Shown: piece by piece, positions 27,671 through 38,917 of the stretch
Numbering within the stretch: the first letter of the stretch is position 1
Layout: every line of letters begins with the position of its first letter
NCBI GenBank assembly: GCA_044448365.1
Contig: JBIOGV010000001.1
Location: 1-51,880, forward strand
DNA: 51,880 nt
Direction: 5' to 3'
Origin: Chitinophagales bacterium
Lineage (GTDB): Bacteria; Bacteroidota; Bacteroidia; Chitinophagales; Chitinophagaceae
Notes under the pieces: model-generated
What the model was told of the DNA's origin: nothing
Seen by the model: only the letters and a program-made list of their open reading frames with translations
Databases searched by the model: none
Program-made: the position numbers and the translations under genes

Positions 27671-28042
27671 ATGAAGAATAAAATCTGGATTACTATGCCT
27701 GAAGAACATGATTTTCCGGCAGCACTTGATTTTTTAGGTTTATTGTATCCAGATGCCATAGCCCGGGAAATTGTAGACCGTTTAAAGAACAGTGAAACAA
27801 TAAGGAAAAAAGCAAAAGACATATTGCGGGCGAGTGAATTACCATTGCTGCCCAAAGACAATATTCATGTAAAGCAAGATTTGCAAAAAGTAAAAAATGG
27901 CAAAAAACTATCGCCAATTTTATTAGTTAAAGATGGTAAATTAATTATTGCCGATGGATACCACAGAGTATGCTGCATTTATTACCTGTCGGAGGACTTA
28001 GAGGTGCCTTGCCGGATAACGGATAAAACGATGCCTGTTTAA
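27671..28042 (+). CDS. Hypothetical protein, possibly ParB/Srx-fold
   Basis: SPILLVKDGKLIIADGYHRVCC resembles the ParB N-terminal/sulfiredoxin DGxHR segment. This is a weak call. Confidence 0.35.
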   Translation: MKNKIWITMPEEHDFPAALDFLGLLYPDAIAREIVDRLKNSETIRKKAKDILRASELPLLPKDNIHVKQDLQKVKNGKKLSPILLVKDGKLIIADGYHRVCCIYYLSEDLEVPCRITDKTMPV

Positions 28043-28108
28043 TGATCGGTTCCTGCCTATTCATTTGCCGGGTCAATTGAGAGTATCATTAACTTTAAAA
28101 TATGTTTT

Positions 28109-28738
28109 ATGGATTATGAAATAGTAGTCCGTTTTTTACTTGCCGCTTTATGGGGTGGTATTGTTGGAGCAGAGCGGGAGTACCGGAGTAAGTCGGCCGG
28201 CTTCCGCACGATGATCATGATATCAATGGGATCTTGTCTTTTCACGATTCTGTCGGAATCAATCGGTGCACATGGTAATCCGGATCGTATTGCATCCAAC
28301 ATTGTTACAGGCATAGGCTTCTTAGGCGCTGGGGTAATATTCAGAGGGGAGAATCGTGTAAATGGTATAACTACTGCTGCAACGATCTGGGCTGTTGCGG
28401 CTGTTGGCATGGGAATCGGTTCAGGACTTTATTTTGGGTCGGCATGTGCCAGTGTACTGATCTTAATAGTGCTGTCTGTTTTACCTTTTTTGGAAAACCT
28501 GATTGATCAATTCAACCAATCAAAAGAATATACTATTGAATGTGATTTTTCCGGAGAGAAAAAAAATCATTATGAAAAACTGCTGAGACAGTTTAATTTA
28601 AGATTTAAACTGGTAAACCAGTCAAAAGTAGGAAATGATCTATCATTTACATGGCAAACCCAGGGTCATGCAAAAAATCACGAACAATTTATTACTGTCA
28701 TGATGGAAGAGGCCAGTGTAAAAAGGTTTGAATACTAA
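28109..28738 (+). CDS. mgtC: MgtC/SapB family membrane protein
   Basis: LLAALWGGIVGAEREYRSKSAGFRT...IVTGIGFLGAGVIF is the characteristic MgtC N-terminal domain. Confidence 0.85.
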   Translation: MDYEIVVRFLLAALWGGIVGAEREYRSKSAGFRTMIMISMGSCLFTILSESIGAHGNPDRIASNIVTGIGFLGAGVIFRGENRVNGITTAATIWAVAAVGMGIGSGLYFGSACASVLILIVLSVLPFLENLIDQFNQSKEYTIECDFSGEKKNHYEKLLRQFNLRFKLVNQSKVGNDLSFTWQTQGHAKNHEQFITVMMEEASVKRFEY

Positions 28739-28862
28739 ACATGAGGGATTTTTAGTTTCATGTACAATTTGTTTTTGCCATAGAAATCAACTGCGTAAAT
28801 ATTCTTCGTCTTGAAATTTTTTTTTGTTTCAGATAAAAGAATAGTTGGATTTCTTTAAGAAG

Positions 28863-29912
28863 CTACTGTTGAACTGCCCACGCAAGACCGTCAGGCCCTC
28901 CGCCAACATCAATGTGGTTGGTAACTTCTAAAGTTTTAAGATCTATAACAGCTACATAGTTATCAGCTGTACAGGCAACAAACACACGTAAACCATCGGG
29001 GTCCATGAGAATTCCTGCCGCACCATGACCAATTTTCAATCGTTTCACTTCCGTATGTGACTTTGCATCATAAATGGTCAGGTCGCCTGATTGAAGACTC
29101 GAGATGAATACTAGCTTGCCATCTGGCGTAAACTTCAGTCGGTTAGCACCAAAAACCTTTGCATCAATTTTTGTTGCTAATTTTTTCGCTCCAAGATCGA
29201 TGATGGAAATTGTTCCATCCTCACTTGATGCAGTCCATAATTCACTGCCGTCGGGTGACACATCAAATCCCTCCGAACCCCTGACAACGGGAACAACAGT
29301 TTGGGTCCAATCTTCGTGTGGCTTAGCATCACGGGGTGCAAATTTTCCGGGCGGGATCAGCGTATCAACAACAATGCTGACAGTTCCGGAAGAAACGTTT
29401 GTCGTGTAAATCTTTTTTCCGTCCGCAGAAACATAGATCATATGTGTTCTGTCCTGGCCTGTTCCCATGCTCCAGTCAAGTTTTCCGGTTACAGGATCAT
29501 AGCGACCAATGGATTTGGAACCTTCCGCAGTAAACCATGCCTTTCCGTTAACAAACGTCAAACCATGCGGACCAAACAACGGTCTTGTGTCAATGTTGAG
29601 TAAAGGCTTTTGCGCAACAAGGTCAATGACGTTTAGTTCGTGTAAACTGCCGCCACCATAAATAGAAACATAAGCCGTTCTCCCGTCTGAAGAGGCGATG
29701 ACTTCGTGTGGATCCTCGCCAACAGGAATGCGGGCGATAACATTTAATGTAACAGGATCTACGATCGCCAGCGTATGGTTGGTCTTTGAAAGTGCAAGCA
29801 ATGATTGCCTCGGCATGGATTGTGCTTTACATTCTGTTGCTGAGAAAATTAATGCCACCAGGAAAATATTGACAGCAATCAGCCGGAACTTATGGTATTT
29901 TAAATTCTTCAT
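28863..29912 (-). CDS. Secreted YVTN family beta-propeller repeat protein
   Basis: Signal peptide and a repeated blade pattern (DG..L.V/T....G.V.VID). Confidence 0.7.
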   Translation of the reverse strand: MKNLKYHKFRLIAVNIFLVALIFSATECKAQSMPRQSLLALSKTNHTLAIVDPVTLNVIARIPVGEDPHEVIASSDGRTAYVSIYGGGSLHELNVIDLVAQKPLLNIDTRPLFGPHGLTFVNGKAWFTAEGSKSIGRYDPVTGKLDWSMGTGQDRTHMIYVSADGKKIYTTNVSSGTVSIVVDTLIPPGKFAPRDAKPHEDWTQTVVPVVRGSEGFDVSPDGSELWTASSEDGTISIIDLGAKKLATKIDAKVFGANRLKFTPDGKLVFISSLQSGDLTIYDAKSHTEVKRLKIGHGAAGILMDPDGLRVFVACTADNYVAVIDLKTLEVTNHIDVGGGPDGLAWAVQQ

Positions 29913-30229
29913 AGCCTGAATATTTTATTGTAATGATACGCCTTCTTATCGGCAATTTCTGTTTGACCACGCAAACCTATTTCATGCAAAAAAACAAATT
30001 TTTAAAATGCGATAAACCGGCAAAAATTTGCGATGAACTCCACTAACTTAAGACTGGATTCTTCTTCTTTTGAAATTACCGGGCTAATTTTTACGTAATG
30101 ACGTCTAAAGAAACTCCACGCAGAGCAGAGATAGTACATTGTTTGAAAATCGTAACTATCTCTTTGAACTTCGTTACAGTGAGTTTACAAAGTGAAGTTC
30201 TTTTGCATATTAAAATCATAGTTATACCA

Positions 30230-30997
30230 ATGCAAAAGACCACTGTTTTACTCGCCTTGTTCCTCTTAATGTTAGGTAAATCTTCTTTTTCGCAAAAGAC
30301 AGATAGCACAAAAACCACCAGTCATTTTTCCGGATCAATAGGTATTACCGATAATGGCATTTCTTTGATACCTACTTTCTCACTGAACAAACCGGCTATC
30401 GTCTTTGATTTGTCAATCGGTAAAAAGAAACTCAGTTTTGAACCGGAATTCAGTTTCAGTTATGACAGCAAACCCTGGAATTTTCTTTTCTGGTGGCGGT
30501 ATAAACTCGTGCACACCAAAAAATTTTTCATGAATTTGGGTGCCCATCCTGCCTTTGCCTTTCAAACTATTCCCGTTATTTCCAATGGCGTGTCAAAAAA
30601 TGTTCTGGTACCTCAGCGATACTTCGCACTCGAACTTACTCCCAATTATTTCCCCGGTAAAAATGTTAGCGTGGGAATTTACTACCTGTATTCCCGCGGG
30701 CTGGATAATAATTCAATTAATATCACTCATTTTCTCACATTGAACAGCACTGTTTCGGGAATACCATTGGGCAACCAGTTATCCTTTAGGTTTACTCCGC
30801 AATTCTACTATTTAAAGCTGGATACACAGGATGGTTTTTATTTTACCTCATCATTTACTGTTGATAAGAAAGAATTTCCGCTTTCGGTTTCAGCGATCAT
30901 CAACAAAACAATTAAGACAGATATCGTGGGAAGCAAAAACTTTGTTTGGAATGTAAGCGTGATTTACTCCTTCAATCAAACTTATGTCAAACACTAG
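30230..30997 (+). CDS. Hypothetical outer-membrane beta-barrel-like protein
   Basis: The internal ATG at 30230 gives the signal peptide MQKTTVLLALFLLMLGKSSFSQ. Alternating hydrophobic pattern. Confidence 0.5.
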   Translation: MQKTTVLLALFLLMLGKSSFSQKTDSTKTTSHFSGSIGITDNGISLIPTFSLNKPAIVFDLSIGKKKLSFEPEFSFSYDSKPWNFLFWWRYKLVHTKKFFMNLGAHPAFAFQTIPVISNGVSKNVLVPQRYFALELTPNYFPGKNVSVGIYYLYSRGLDNNSINITHFLTLNSTVSGIPLGNQLSFRFTPQFYYLKLDTQDGFYFTSSFTVDKKEFPLSVSAIINKTIKTDIVGSKNFVWNVSVIYSFNQTYVKH

Positions 30998-31028
30998 GAA
31001 TCGCCGGGAAATAGTAAGTTTGTGGAAC

Positions 31029-31925
31029 ATGCGTAACGTGGAAACCATAGAAGAATTTTACAAAAGAAAATTCGAAGGGGTGCCCGAGAATATCCGAAGT
31101 GAAATTGGACATTTCAATGTGTTCAGGCTGGATCCTTTTGTCGGGAGTAATGCTAAGCCGGTTCCTTACAGCAGGAGAGATTATTTTAAGATCATGCTGG
31201 TGATAGGTAATTACAGGATGCACTATGCTGATGAAGTCATCGAAATACGAAGACAGGCATTGGCATTTTCAAATCCGCAGATACCGTATAGCTGTGAATA
31301 TACTGACAGGATTCAAAGCGGTTTTTTTTGCGTGTTCACCCCGGCTTTTTTTCATCAATACGGAAACTTAAATCAATATACCGTTTTTCAACCGGGCGGA
31401 ACACATGTATTTGAGCTGACAGATGAACAGGTGAGCAAGGTAACCGGTATTTATAAAAGCATGTTTGAAGAAATTGATTCTGATTACATGCATAAATACG
31501 ATGTGTTACGCACTCTTGTTTTTGAATTGTTGCATTTCGCAATGAAATTGCCGTCTGCAAAATTTGATAAGCAGCCGATGAATGCATCCCAAAGAATTTC
31601 CACACTTTTTTTTGAATTATTAGAACGCCAGTTCCCGATTGATGACAATCACCAAACATTAGGCCTTCGTTCCGCATCGGACTTCGCAAAACAGTTAAAT
31701 GTTCATGTGAACCATTTGAACAGGGCAGTAAAAGAGACCACGGAGAAAACAACATCGCAAATTATTGCCGAACGCATTTTACGGGAATCAAAAATCCTGT
31801 TGAAGCATAGTGCGTGGAATGTATCTGAAATTGCCTATGCACTGGGCTTTACTGAAACAACTCATTTCAACAACTTCTTTAAAAAGCATATCCAGTTAAG
31901 TCCGCTTAAATTCCGTAATGTTTGA
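31029..31925 (+). CDS. AraC family transcriptional regulator
   Basis: C-terminal HTH_18 pattern (...SEIAYALGFTETTHFNNFFKKH...). The ATG at 31029 avoids overlap with the upstream gene. Confidence 0.85.
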   Translation: MRNVETIEEFYKRKFEGVPENIRSEIGHFNVFRLDPFVGSNAKPVPYSRRDYFKIMLVIGNYRMHYADEVIEIRRQALAFSNPQIPYSCEYTDRIQSGFFCVFTPAFFHQYGNLNQYTVFQPGGTHVFELTDEQVSKVTGIYKSMFEEIDSDYMHKYDVLRTLVFELLHFAMKLPSAKFDKQPMNASQRISTLFFELLERQFPIDDNHQTLGLRSASDFAKQLNVHVNHLNRAVKETTEKTTSQIIAERILRESKILLKHSAWNVSEIAYALGFTETTHFNNFFKKHIQLSPLKFRNV

Positions 31926-31992
31926 ATTTCGTAATTAGTTATTTCGTTTTTGTTATTTCCTGACCTGCCTTCTATTTAGCTTTGTTCCATAA

Positions 31993-33006
<1,014 letters not shown>

Positions 33007-33030
33007 TTGTTCGGACGAATGAACTAAATA

Positions 33031-33609
33031 ATGAAAAATGTAATCATCCTCGGTGCCAGTGGTAATATTGCAACGCATGTTATTGATATTTTAGTAAAAA
33101 AAGATGACATCAACCTGACCTTGTTTTTGCGAAACAAAAATAGGCTAAGAAATAAGGATGTTTCAAGGTGTCATATCATTGAAGGGGATGTTTTAAATAT
33201 CAGTCAACTAAAAGAAGCAATAAAAGGACAGGATATAGTGTATGCAAATCTTTCAGGTGACCTGGAGGCGATGGCAAAAAACATTGTGAGAGCAATGAGA
33301 GAAACAGGAGTTAAGAAACTCATCTTCATCAGCTCGATAGGTATCTACGACGTTCCTTTAAGACCCGTTTTAAAAACTTATCGAAAAGCTGCAGATGTAA
33401 TTGAAGCATCCAACCTCGAATACACTATCCTGAGACCAACCTGGTTTACGAATGCGGATGAAGTGGATTATGAGACAACCAGGAAAGGCGAAGCGGAAAA
33501 AGGATCGGTAATTTCTCAGAAAAGCCTCGCAACTTTGATTACGAAAACTATTGAATCTCCTGAAAAATACTTTCGTGAAAATCTCGGGATTAACAAACCA
33601 AACTCTTAA
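33031..33609 (+). CDS. NAD(P)H-binding (NmrA/atypical SDR-like) oxidoreductase
   Basis: N-terminal IILGASGNIA Rossmann motif, ~190 aa. Confidence 0.75.
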   Translation: MKNVIILGASGNIATHVIDILVKKDDINLTLFLRNKNRLRNKDVSRCHIIEGDVLNISQLKEAIKGQDIVYANLSGDLEAMAKNIVRAMRETGVKKLIFISSIGIYDVPLRPVLKTYRKAADVIEASNLEYTILRPTWFTNADEVDYETTRKGEAEKGSVISQKSLATLITKTIESPEKYFRENLGINKPNS

Positions 33610-33614
33610 TAGTT

Positions 33615-34025
33615 ATGAATACTTCAGAAAATCAATACCAGGTTTTTGAAAAAGGTGAAAAAGCTCCGGCTGATTATTTCACCGGCGCAGCATGGGTAAA
33701 AATGCTGGTGCCCAATGATCCTATTCTCAATTGCCAAATAGCGAATGTTGTATTTGAACCCGCTGCAAGGAACAACTGGCATACCCATCCGGGCGGACAA
33801 ATTTTATTGGTAACAGATGGCATTGGGTATTACCAGGAAAAAGGTAAGCCGATACAGTTACTTCATAAAGGTGATGTAGTTAAAATTTCTCCTGGTGTAG
33901 TACATTGGCATGGCGCTTCACCTGGTGGCGAGTTTACTCACATCGCAATTAATACGAACACGCAATCAGGATTAGTGGTATGGTTACAAAGAGTGACAGG
34001 CGAAGAATACAGCAGCTTTAAATAA
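33615..34025 (+). CDS. Cupin domain protein
   Basis: NNWHTHPGGQILLVTDG...VHWHGA are cupin_2 His motifs. Confidence 0.8.
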   Translation: MNTSENQYQVFEKGEKAPADYFTGAAWVKMLVPNDPILNCQIANVVFEPAARNNWHTHPGGQILLVTDGIGYYQEKGKPIQLLHKGDVVKISPGVVHWHGASPGGEFTHIAINTNTQSGLVVWLQRVTGEEYSSFK

Positions 34026-34247
34026 AAGTTTACAAAAGCCTTTACTTCACTACCGGCACAGATCGCAGGCTTGCCTGGTTGTTATTCGCCCATGCGAATT
34101 TTAATAGAAGATCGGTTTCAGTTCGTTCATACATGAAATGATGATTGCACTATTTTTGAAACTCTCATTTTTAGCTGCCACATCATGCAGTATTTGCATT
34201 TCAGTTACCTGTAAATCATAAATATTTTGCTTTTAGTTGGGCGGATA

Positions 34248-34332
34248 TATGAATAAAGCGACAGATTTCTTTTAATTTTCTTAAAATGAATTTTAATACG
34301 GTCAGGAGGAGACTTCGTCGGCGAAGAAAAAG
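34248..34332 (+). repeat. B-module-only repeat (TGAATAAAGCGAC...GGAGGAGACTTCGTCGGCGAAGAAA)
   Basis: Aligns with the 3' halves of 17583-17772, 18572-18763 and 24008-24194. Confidence 0.7.
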
Positions 34333-34382
34333 TATTTGACTGCATTGTCATATTTTAGATGAATCTAATTTAATTGAGGCAT

Positions 34383-35834
34383 ATGAAAATAGTATTGATC
34401 TTAAAGATGCTGATGATGCTGGCAGTAGTATCCGATGCACAAACTAAAGTAGAATGGATTTCAACATCGCAGCAAGAGCCATGGAAAGTAGAAAAGAGTT
34501 TACAACCTTCCTTAGCAATCGTCAGTGCAGATGTGGAAGTACAATTTAACCGGCCAGGGCAAATAATTGAAGGCTTTGGGACGTGCTTCAATGAACTCGG
34601 ATGGACTTCGTTGAGTCTATTAAGCATAAAGGACAGGGAAAGTATAATGAAAGAATTATTTGCTCCCGGTGTTGGAGCAAACTTTACTATTTGTCGGATG
34701 CCTGTCGGAGCAAATGATTTTTCACGCAAATGGTATTCTTATGATGAAACCGATGGGGATTTTGAAATGAAGAATTTTAGCATTGCAAATGACCTGGAAA
34801 CGCTTATTCCATTTATAAAAAATGCTCAGAAATTTAATCCATCTCTGAAGCTTTGGGCCTCCCCCTGGTCTCCACCAGCCTGGATGAAATATAATAAACA
34901 TTATGCAGCCCGAAGCGTATTGGGGGATGTTAACTTTAAATCAGATGAATTTGGTATGGATCTCACCCGGATCAACAACGGTTTAGAGCCGGGTAAAGAA
35001 GGAAAAGAAGGTACAGATATGTTTATACAAAACGAAAAATATTACAAAGCGTATGCTGTATACTTTGAAAAATTTATACAGGCATACAGGCGGCAAAACA
35101 TAAAAATAAATACGGTGATGCCTCAGAATGAATTTAATTCAGCACAGGTATTTCCGAGTTGTACGTGGACAGCAGCAGGTCTCGCAAAGTTCATCAGTTA
35201 TTTAGGCCCCCGGATGCAGTCACTTGGTGTTAGTGTATTCTTTGGAACTGTTGAACGGGCAAACCCAAAGATGGTTGATACTATTTTAACAAGCCCTGAA
35301 AGCAGTAAATACATTAAAGGTGCAGGTTTTCAATGGGCAGGAAAAGGGGCTATTGCCGCTATTCACCAACAATACCCGGCACTTACACTATACCAAACCG
35401 AGCAGGAATGCGGCAATGGTAAAAATGATTGGAAATATTGTGTATATACCTGGAGTTTGATGGAGCATTATTTTAAAAATGGAGCGAATGCCTACATGTA
35501 TTGGAATACATCTTTAAAACAAGGCGGCATTAGTACATGGGGCTGGAAGCAAAATTCATTGGTTAGCGTTGACACAGTAAATAAAACTTATAAATACAAT
35601 TATGAGTATTATTTGATGAAACATGTAAGCCATTTTGTCAAGCCCGGGGCAAAAAGGCTGAATACAACCGGCTCGTTTGATAATTTGCTCGCATTTATTA
35701 ACCCGGATAAAAGCATTGTCATTGTAACTCAAAACAACGGCAATGAAGAAAAGAAGATAATCGTTAAGATCGGGAACAAAACAATCGCCCCGGTTTTGAA
35801 ACCAAATACATTTAATACATTTTTGATAAAGTAA
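34383..35834 (+). CDS. Glycoside hydrolase family 30 (glucosylceramidase-like)
   Basis: ATG at 34383 with a signal peptide. GFGTCFNE and ASPWSPPAWMK motifs are typical of GH30. Confidence 0.85.
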   Translation: MKIVLILKMLMMLAVVSDAQTKVEWISTSQQEPWKVEKSLQPSLAIVSADVEVQFNRPGQIIEGFGTCFNELGWTSLSLLSIKDRESIMKELFAPGVGANFTICRMPVGANDFSRKWYSYDETDGDFEMKNFSIANDLETLIPFIKNAQKFNPSLKLWASPWSPPAWMKYNKHYAARSVLGDVNFKSDEFGMDLTRINNGLEPGKEGKEGTDMFIQNEKYYKAYAVYFEKFIQAYRRQNIKINTVMPQNEFNSAQVFPSCTWTAAGLAKFISYLGPRMQSLGVSVFFGTVERANPKMVDTILTSPESSKYIKGAGFQWAGKGAIAAIHQQYPALTLYQTEQECGNGKNDWKYCVYTWSLMEHYFKNGANAYMYWNTSLKQGGISTWGWKQNSLVSVDTVNKTYKYNYEYYLMKHVSHFVKPGAKRLNTTGSFDNLLAFINPDKSIVIVTQNNGNEEKKIIVKIGNKTIAPVLKPNTFNTFLIK

Positions 35835-35898
35835 AAATAGATATCCGCGAGTAGTTTGTTATATATTCTGTCATATTTGTTTTTGCCACGAAACAGGG

Positions 35899-35990
35899 TT
35901 GAACAATGCTTTCCCGACGAATCCATTTTAGTTTTCCTAAAATAATGTTTCATGAGGTCAGAAGAAAACTCGTTGGTGAAGAAAAATATA
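35899..35990 (+). repeat. B-module-only repeat, diverged
   Basis: CCGACGAATCCATTTTAGTTTTCCTAAAA...GGTCAGAAGAAAACTCGTTGGTGAAGAAA aligns with the other B modules. Confidence 0.6.
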
Positions 35991-36160
35991 TCTCGCAATT
36001 ATAAGAACGACCTATCCTGATCATCCACAAAATAAATTTTATCTTTATTCGGCAGCCGTCTCCGGGACTGATCGATAGATGAATCCTGGTAGCTACCGGG
36101 ATCGGACACCGCAAGAACCGGACATAAGCAGCCATTTTAACTTTGTATTTATATAGCTCA

Positions 36161-36673
36161 ATGAAAATAGTTCCGGCGCAGGAAATAAAGCAATTAGAAA
36201 TTATTGAGAGACTTGCTTGGGAAATTATACCAGAATTCTATGCTCCTTATGTTCCCCTTGATCATTGTATTTTCTTTGTGGAGAAATTTCAAACAGTAAC
36301 AGCAATACAAAAACAAATAGTGGAAGGATTTGAATACTACTTACTAAATTACAAGGAAAACATTGCCGGCTACCTGGGGATTCACGCCACAAATGAAATC
36401 CTGCTGCTAAGCAAACTATATTTATTAAAGGAATTCCGGGGAAAAGGGATTGGCGACAAAGTAATGTCATTTGTATATAAACGTGCACATGAGTTAAAAT
36501 CTTCAACAATTGAACTCATTGTAAACAGGCAAAATAAAGGGGCAATAGACTTTTATGAAAAAAGAGGATTTACAATCGTTCAACCCATAGTCAGCAAATT
36601 TGAAAATGGTCATTCAACAGAAGAATTCAAAATGGAAAAGAACATCGATCGGGAAGTGCACAGTGGCAGCTGA
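36161..36673 (+). CDS. GNAT family N-acetyltransferase
   Basis: The RGKGIG...motif A region and size fit GNAT. The ATG at 36161 is preferred over the TTG at 36143. Confidence 0.8.
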   Translation: MKIVPAQEIKQLEIIERLAWEIIPEFYAPYVPLDHCIFFVEKFQTVTAIQKQIVEGFEYYLLNYKENIAGYLGIHATNEILLLSKLYLLKEFRGKGIGDKVMSFVYKRAHELKSSTIELIVNRQNKGAIDFYEKRGFTIVQPIVSKFENGHSTEEFKMEKNIDREVHSGS

Positions 36674-36744
36674 CATTGGATGTCGCTACCGGGTACGACT
36701 CAAAGCGTCGTTATTTATAAGAACAGAACCCTTTAAATAATAAT

Positions 36745-37359
36745 ATGGCAGAAACAAACCCCAACTCACGATTAGAAACTTTTTGCGATGGAGTATTTGC
36801 AATAGCATTAACCTTATTGATTATTGATATCAAAATCCCTGCATCAGTCAGTATCAATACCAATGCTGATTTCTGGCTTGCGCTTAGGCATATTGCTCCG
36901 CCTATATTTGCATTTGTTTTAAGTTTCGCTATCATCCTCATAACCTGGGTTAACCACCACAATGCATTGAAACTGGTGAATAAATCATCTGCCTCATTTA
37001 TCTATGCAAATGGTTTTTTGCTGCTTACTGTTGCTTTTTTGCCATTCCCGACCTCCTTGCTGGGGGAATTTCTTTTAACTGATCATGCCGCCCCCGCTGT
37101 AGTTCTTTATGAATCTACTATGGCATTTCAGGCAATCAGCTGGATTTTGATATCCAGAACAGCAGTTAAAAATCAGTTAGCTAAAAATGAAAAATCAAAC
37201 CTGGCAACTCGAGAAAACGGTAAATACGGATACTTTGCATTCGCTCTTTATTCTCTTTGTACCATCACGGCATTTTGGTTTCCTCTTACTATTGCCATTG
37301 TTACGACCTTAATCTGGATTTTTTGGCTGATATGGGGAATTAATCTTAAGCATGAATAA
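36745..37359 (+). CDS. TMEM175/DUF1211 family potassium channel-like membrane protein
   Basis: N-terminal RLETFCDGVFAIALTLLIID matches the RxxxFSD-type signature helix. Six TM-like segments. Confidence 0.8.
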   Translation: MAETNPNSRLETFCDGVFAIALTLLIIDIKIPASVSINTNADFWLALRHIAPPIFAFVLSFAIILITWVNHHNALKLVNKSSASFIYANGFLLLTVAFLPFPTSLLGEFLLTDHAAPAVVLYESTMAFQAISWILISRTAVKNQLAKNEKSNLATRENGKYGYFAFALYSLCTITAFWFPLTIAIVTTLIWIFWLIWGINLKHE

Positions 37360-37403
37360 ATGAATTGACCAAATTGAACTTTCTTTTCGAAACAAACAGG
37401 TTA

Positions 37404-37492
37404 CTGAAAATAGATGTTTTTCGCCGTCTGGTCCTCTTAGTTTTCTTAGATAATTTCTCATGCAGTCAAGAGGAAACTCGCCCTGGAAGAGT
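37404..37492 (+). repeat. B-module-only repeat, most diverged copy
   Basis: GGTCCTCTTAGTTTTCTTAGAT...CATGCAGTCAAGAGGAAACTCGCCCTGGAAGA aligns with the other B modules. Confidence 0.55.
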
Positions 37493-37707
37493 GGGGTTGG
37501 AATATCCTGTATCCCCAATCCTCGGATAAACTATAGTGGGGTGATGAGTAGGGATTCAAAAAATAATGGCCAAGCTTATCAATGTTCCCCGGCAACTGGC
37601 GTAACTATCATTTCAATACCTGAGAAAGGTCACTAAAAATTTCTTTGAATAAGAGTATAATTGCTTAAACCCCAGGCTCGGGAATAGGAAATATTAAGCG
37701 CAGAGAT

Positions 37708-38856
37708 ATGAAAGAGACAAAAGTATTTGATCAACCCCTGATGACTCAGGAATACTCTTTGTCCTACAAAAAAAATCCGGCAATACAGGATCTTTTTTTG
37801 CAGTTATTAAAGAATTATCCTGACGGATCAATCAGCATTATCGACAGGAATTTCAATTTTATTTATACTGACGGAGAGTTATACCAGCAATTAAAGATCG
37901 ATCCGGCTGGACTGATCGGGGAAAAAGTGTTTTCTATTTTTCCTTACTCACTTCACCAAAAGATTAAATCCGAACTATCAGAAGTTTTTCATGGAAATAT
38001 TGTTTCTGACTTTGAATTGTCTGATTGTTGTTTAAGACCTGATAGCTATGCCATGGAAGCATTCCCGTTACTGGAACCCAATAACTCAATAGATAAAGTG
38101 GGCATCATCATAAGCAACATTACCAGGCTCAAAAAAGTGGAGGGAGATTTACTAAGAGCTCTTGAAAAAGAAAGGGAACTCAGTGAATTAAAATCAAGGT
38201 TTGTGTCAATGGCTTCACACGAATTCAGAACTCCGCTTAGTACTATTCTTTCTTCTGCTTATTTATTGTCAAAATATGCAAAAACAGAAGACCAGGCAAA
38301 AAGGGAAAAGCATCTGGAAAGGATCATCTCTTCAGTAAACACGCTTACCGATACGCTGAATGATTTCCTTTCCCTCGGTAAAATCGAAGAAGGAAAAATA
38401 TCAGTCAACCCGGTTGAAATAGATGTCTGCGAACTGATAAACAATATCATTGAGGAAATCAAACCTATTCTAAAGGAAAACCAGACCATTGTATATAAAC
38501 ATACGGGTAAGGGAACAGTGAGAATGGATAAAGGCTTGTTAAGGCATATTATTTCCAATCTCCTTTCCAATGCTATAAAATTCTCCAATAAAAATTCTGA
38601 AATAGAGATCAGGACAAAAATAGATGCTGAATTTATATTGTCAGTTAAGGACCATGGTATAGGCATTTCTGTGGAAGACCAGGAACATTTGTCGGAACGG
38701 TTTTTCCGTGGTACTAATGCGGCAAATATCCAGGGGACCGGGCTTGGATTACATATCGTTTACCGGTATGCTGAATTAATGAACGGAAAAGTAGATTTCA
38801 GGAGTCAATTGGATGAGGGAACCGAATTCACTGTTATTTTTAAGGATCAACTTTAG
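37708..38856 (+). CDS. PAS-domain sensor histidine kinase (cytoplasmic)
   Basis: H-box SHEFRTPL, N-box NLLSNAIKFS and G-box GTGLGLHIV. No TM segments seen. Confidence 0.9.
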   Translation: MKETKVFDQPLMTQEYSLSYKKNPAIQDLFLQLLKNYPDGSISIIDRNFNFIYTDGELYQQLKIDPAGLIGEKVFSIFPYSLHQKIKSELSEVFHGNIVSDFELSDCCLRPDSYAMEAFPLLEPNNSIDKVGIIISNITRLKKVEGDLLRALEKERELSELKSRFVSMASHEFRTPLSTILSSAYLLSKYAKTEDQAKREKHLERIISSVNTLTDTLNDFLSLGKIEEGKISVNPVEIDVCELINNIIEEIKPILKENQTIVYKHTGKGTVRMDKGLLRHIISNLLSNAIKFSNKNSEIEIRTKIDAEFILSVKDHGIGISVEDQEHLSERFFRGTNAANIQGTGLGLHIVYRYAELMNGKVDFRSQLDEGTEFTVIFKDQL

Positions 38857-38917
38857 AAAAAATTTGTTGATCGATGTCGCCTGCTGATCTGTATCCTTTT
38901 ATTTAAATAAATGTTTC

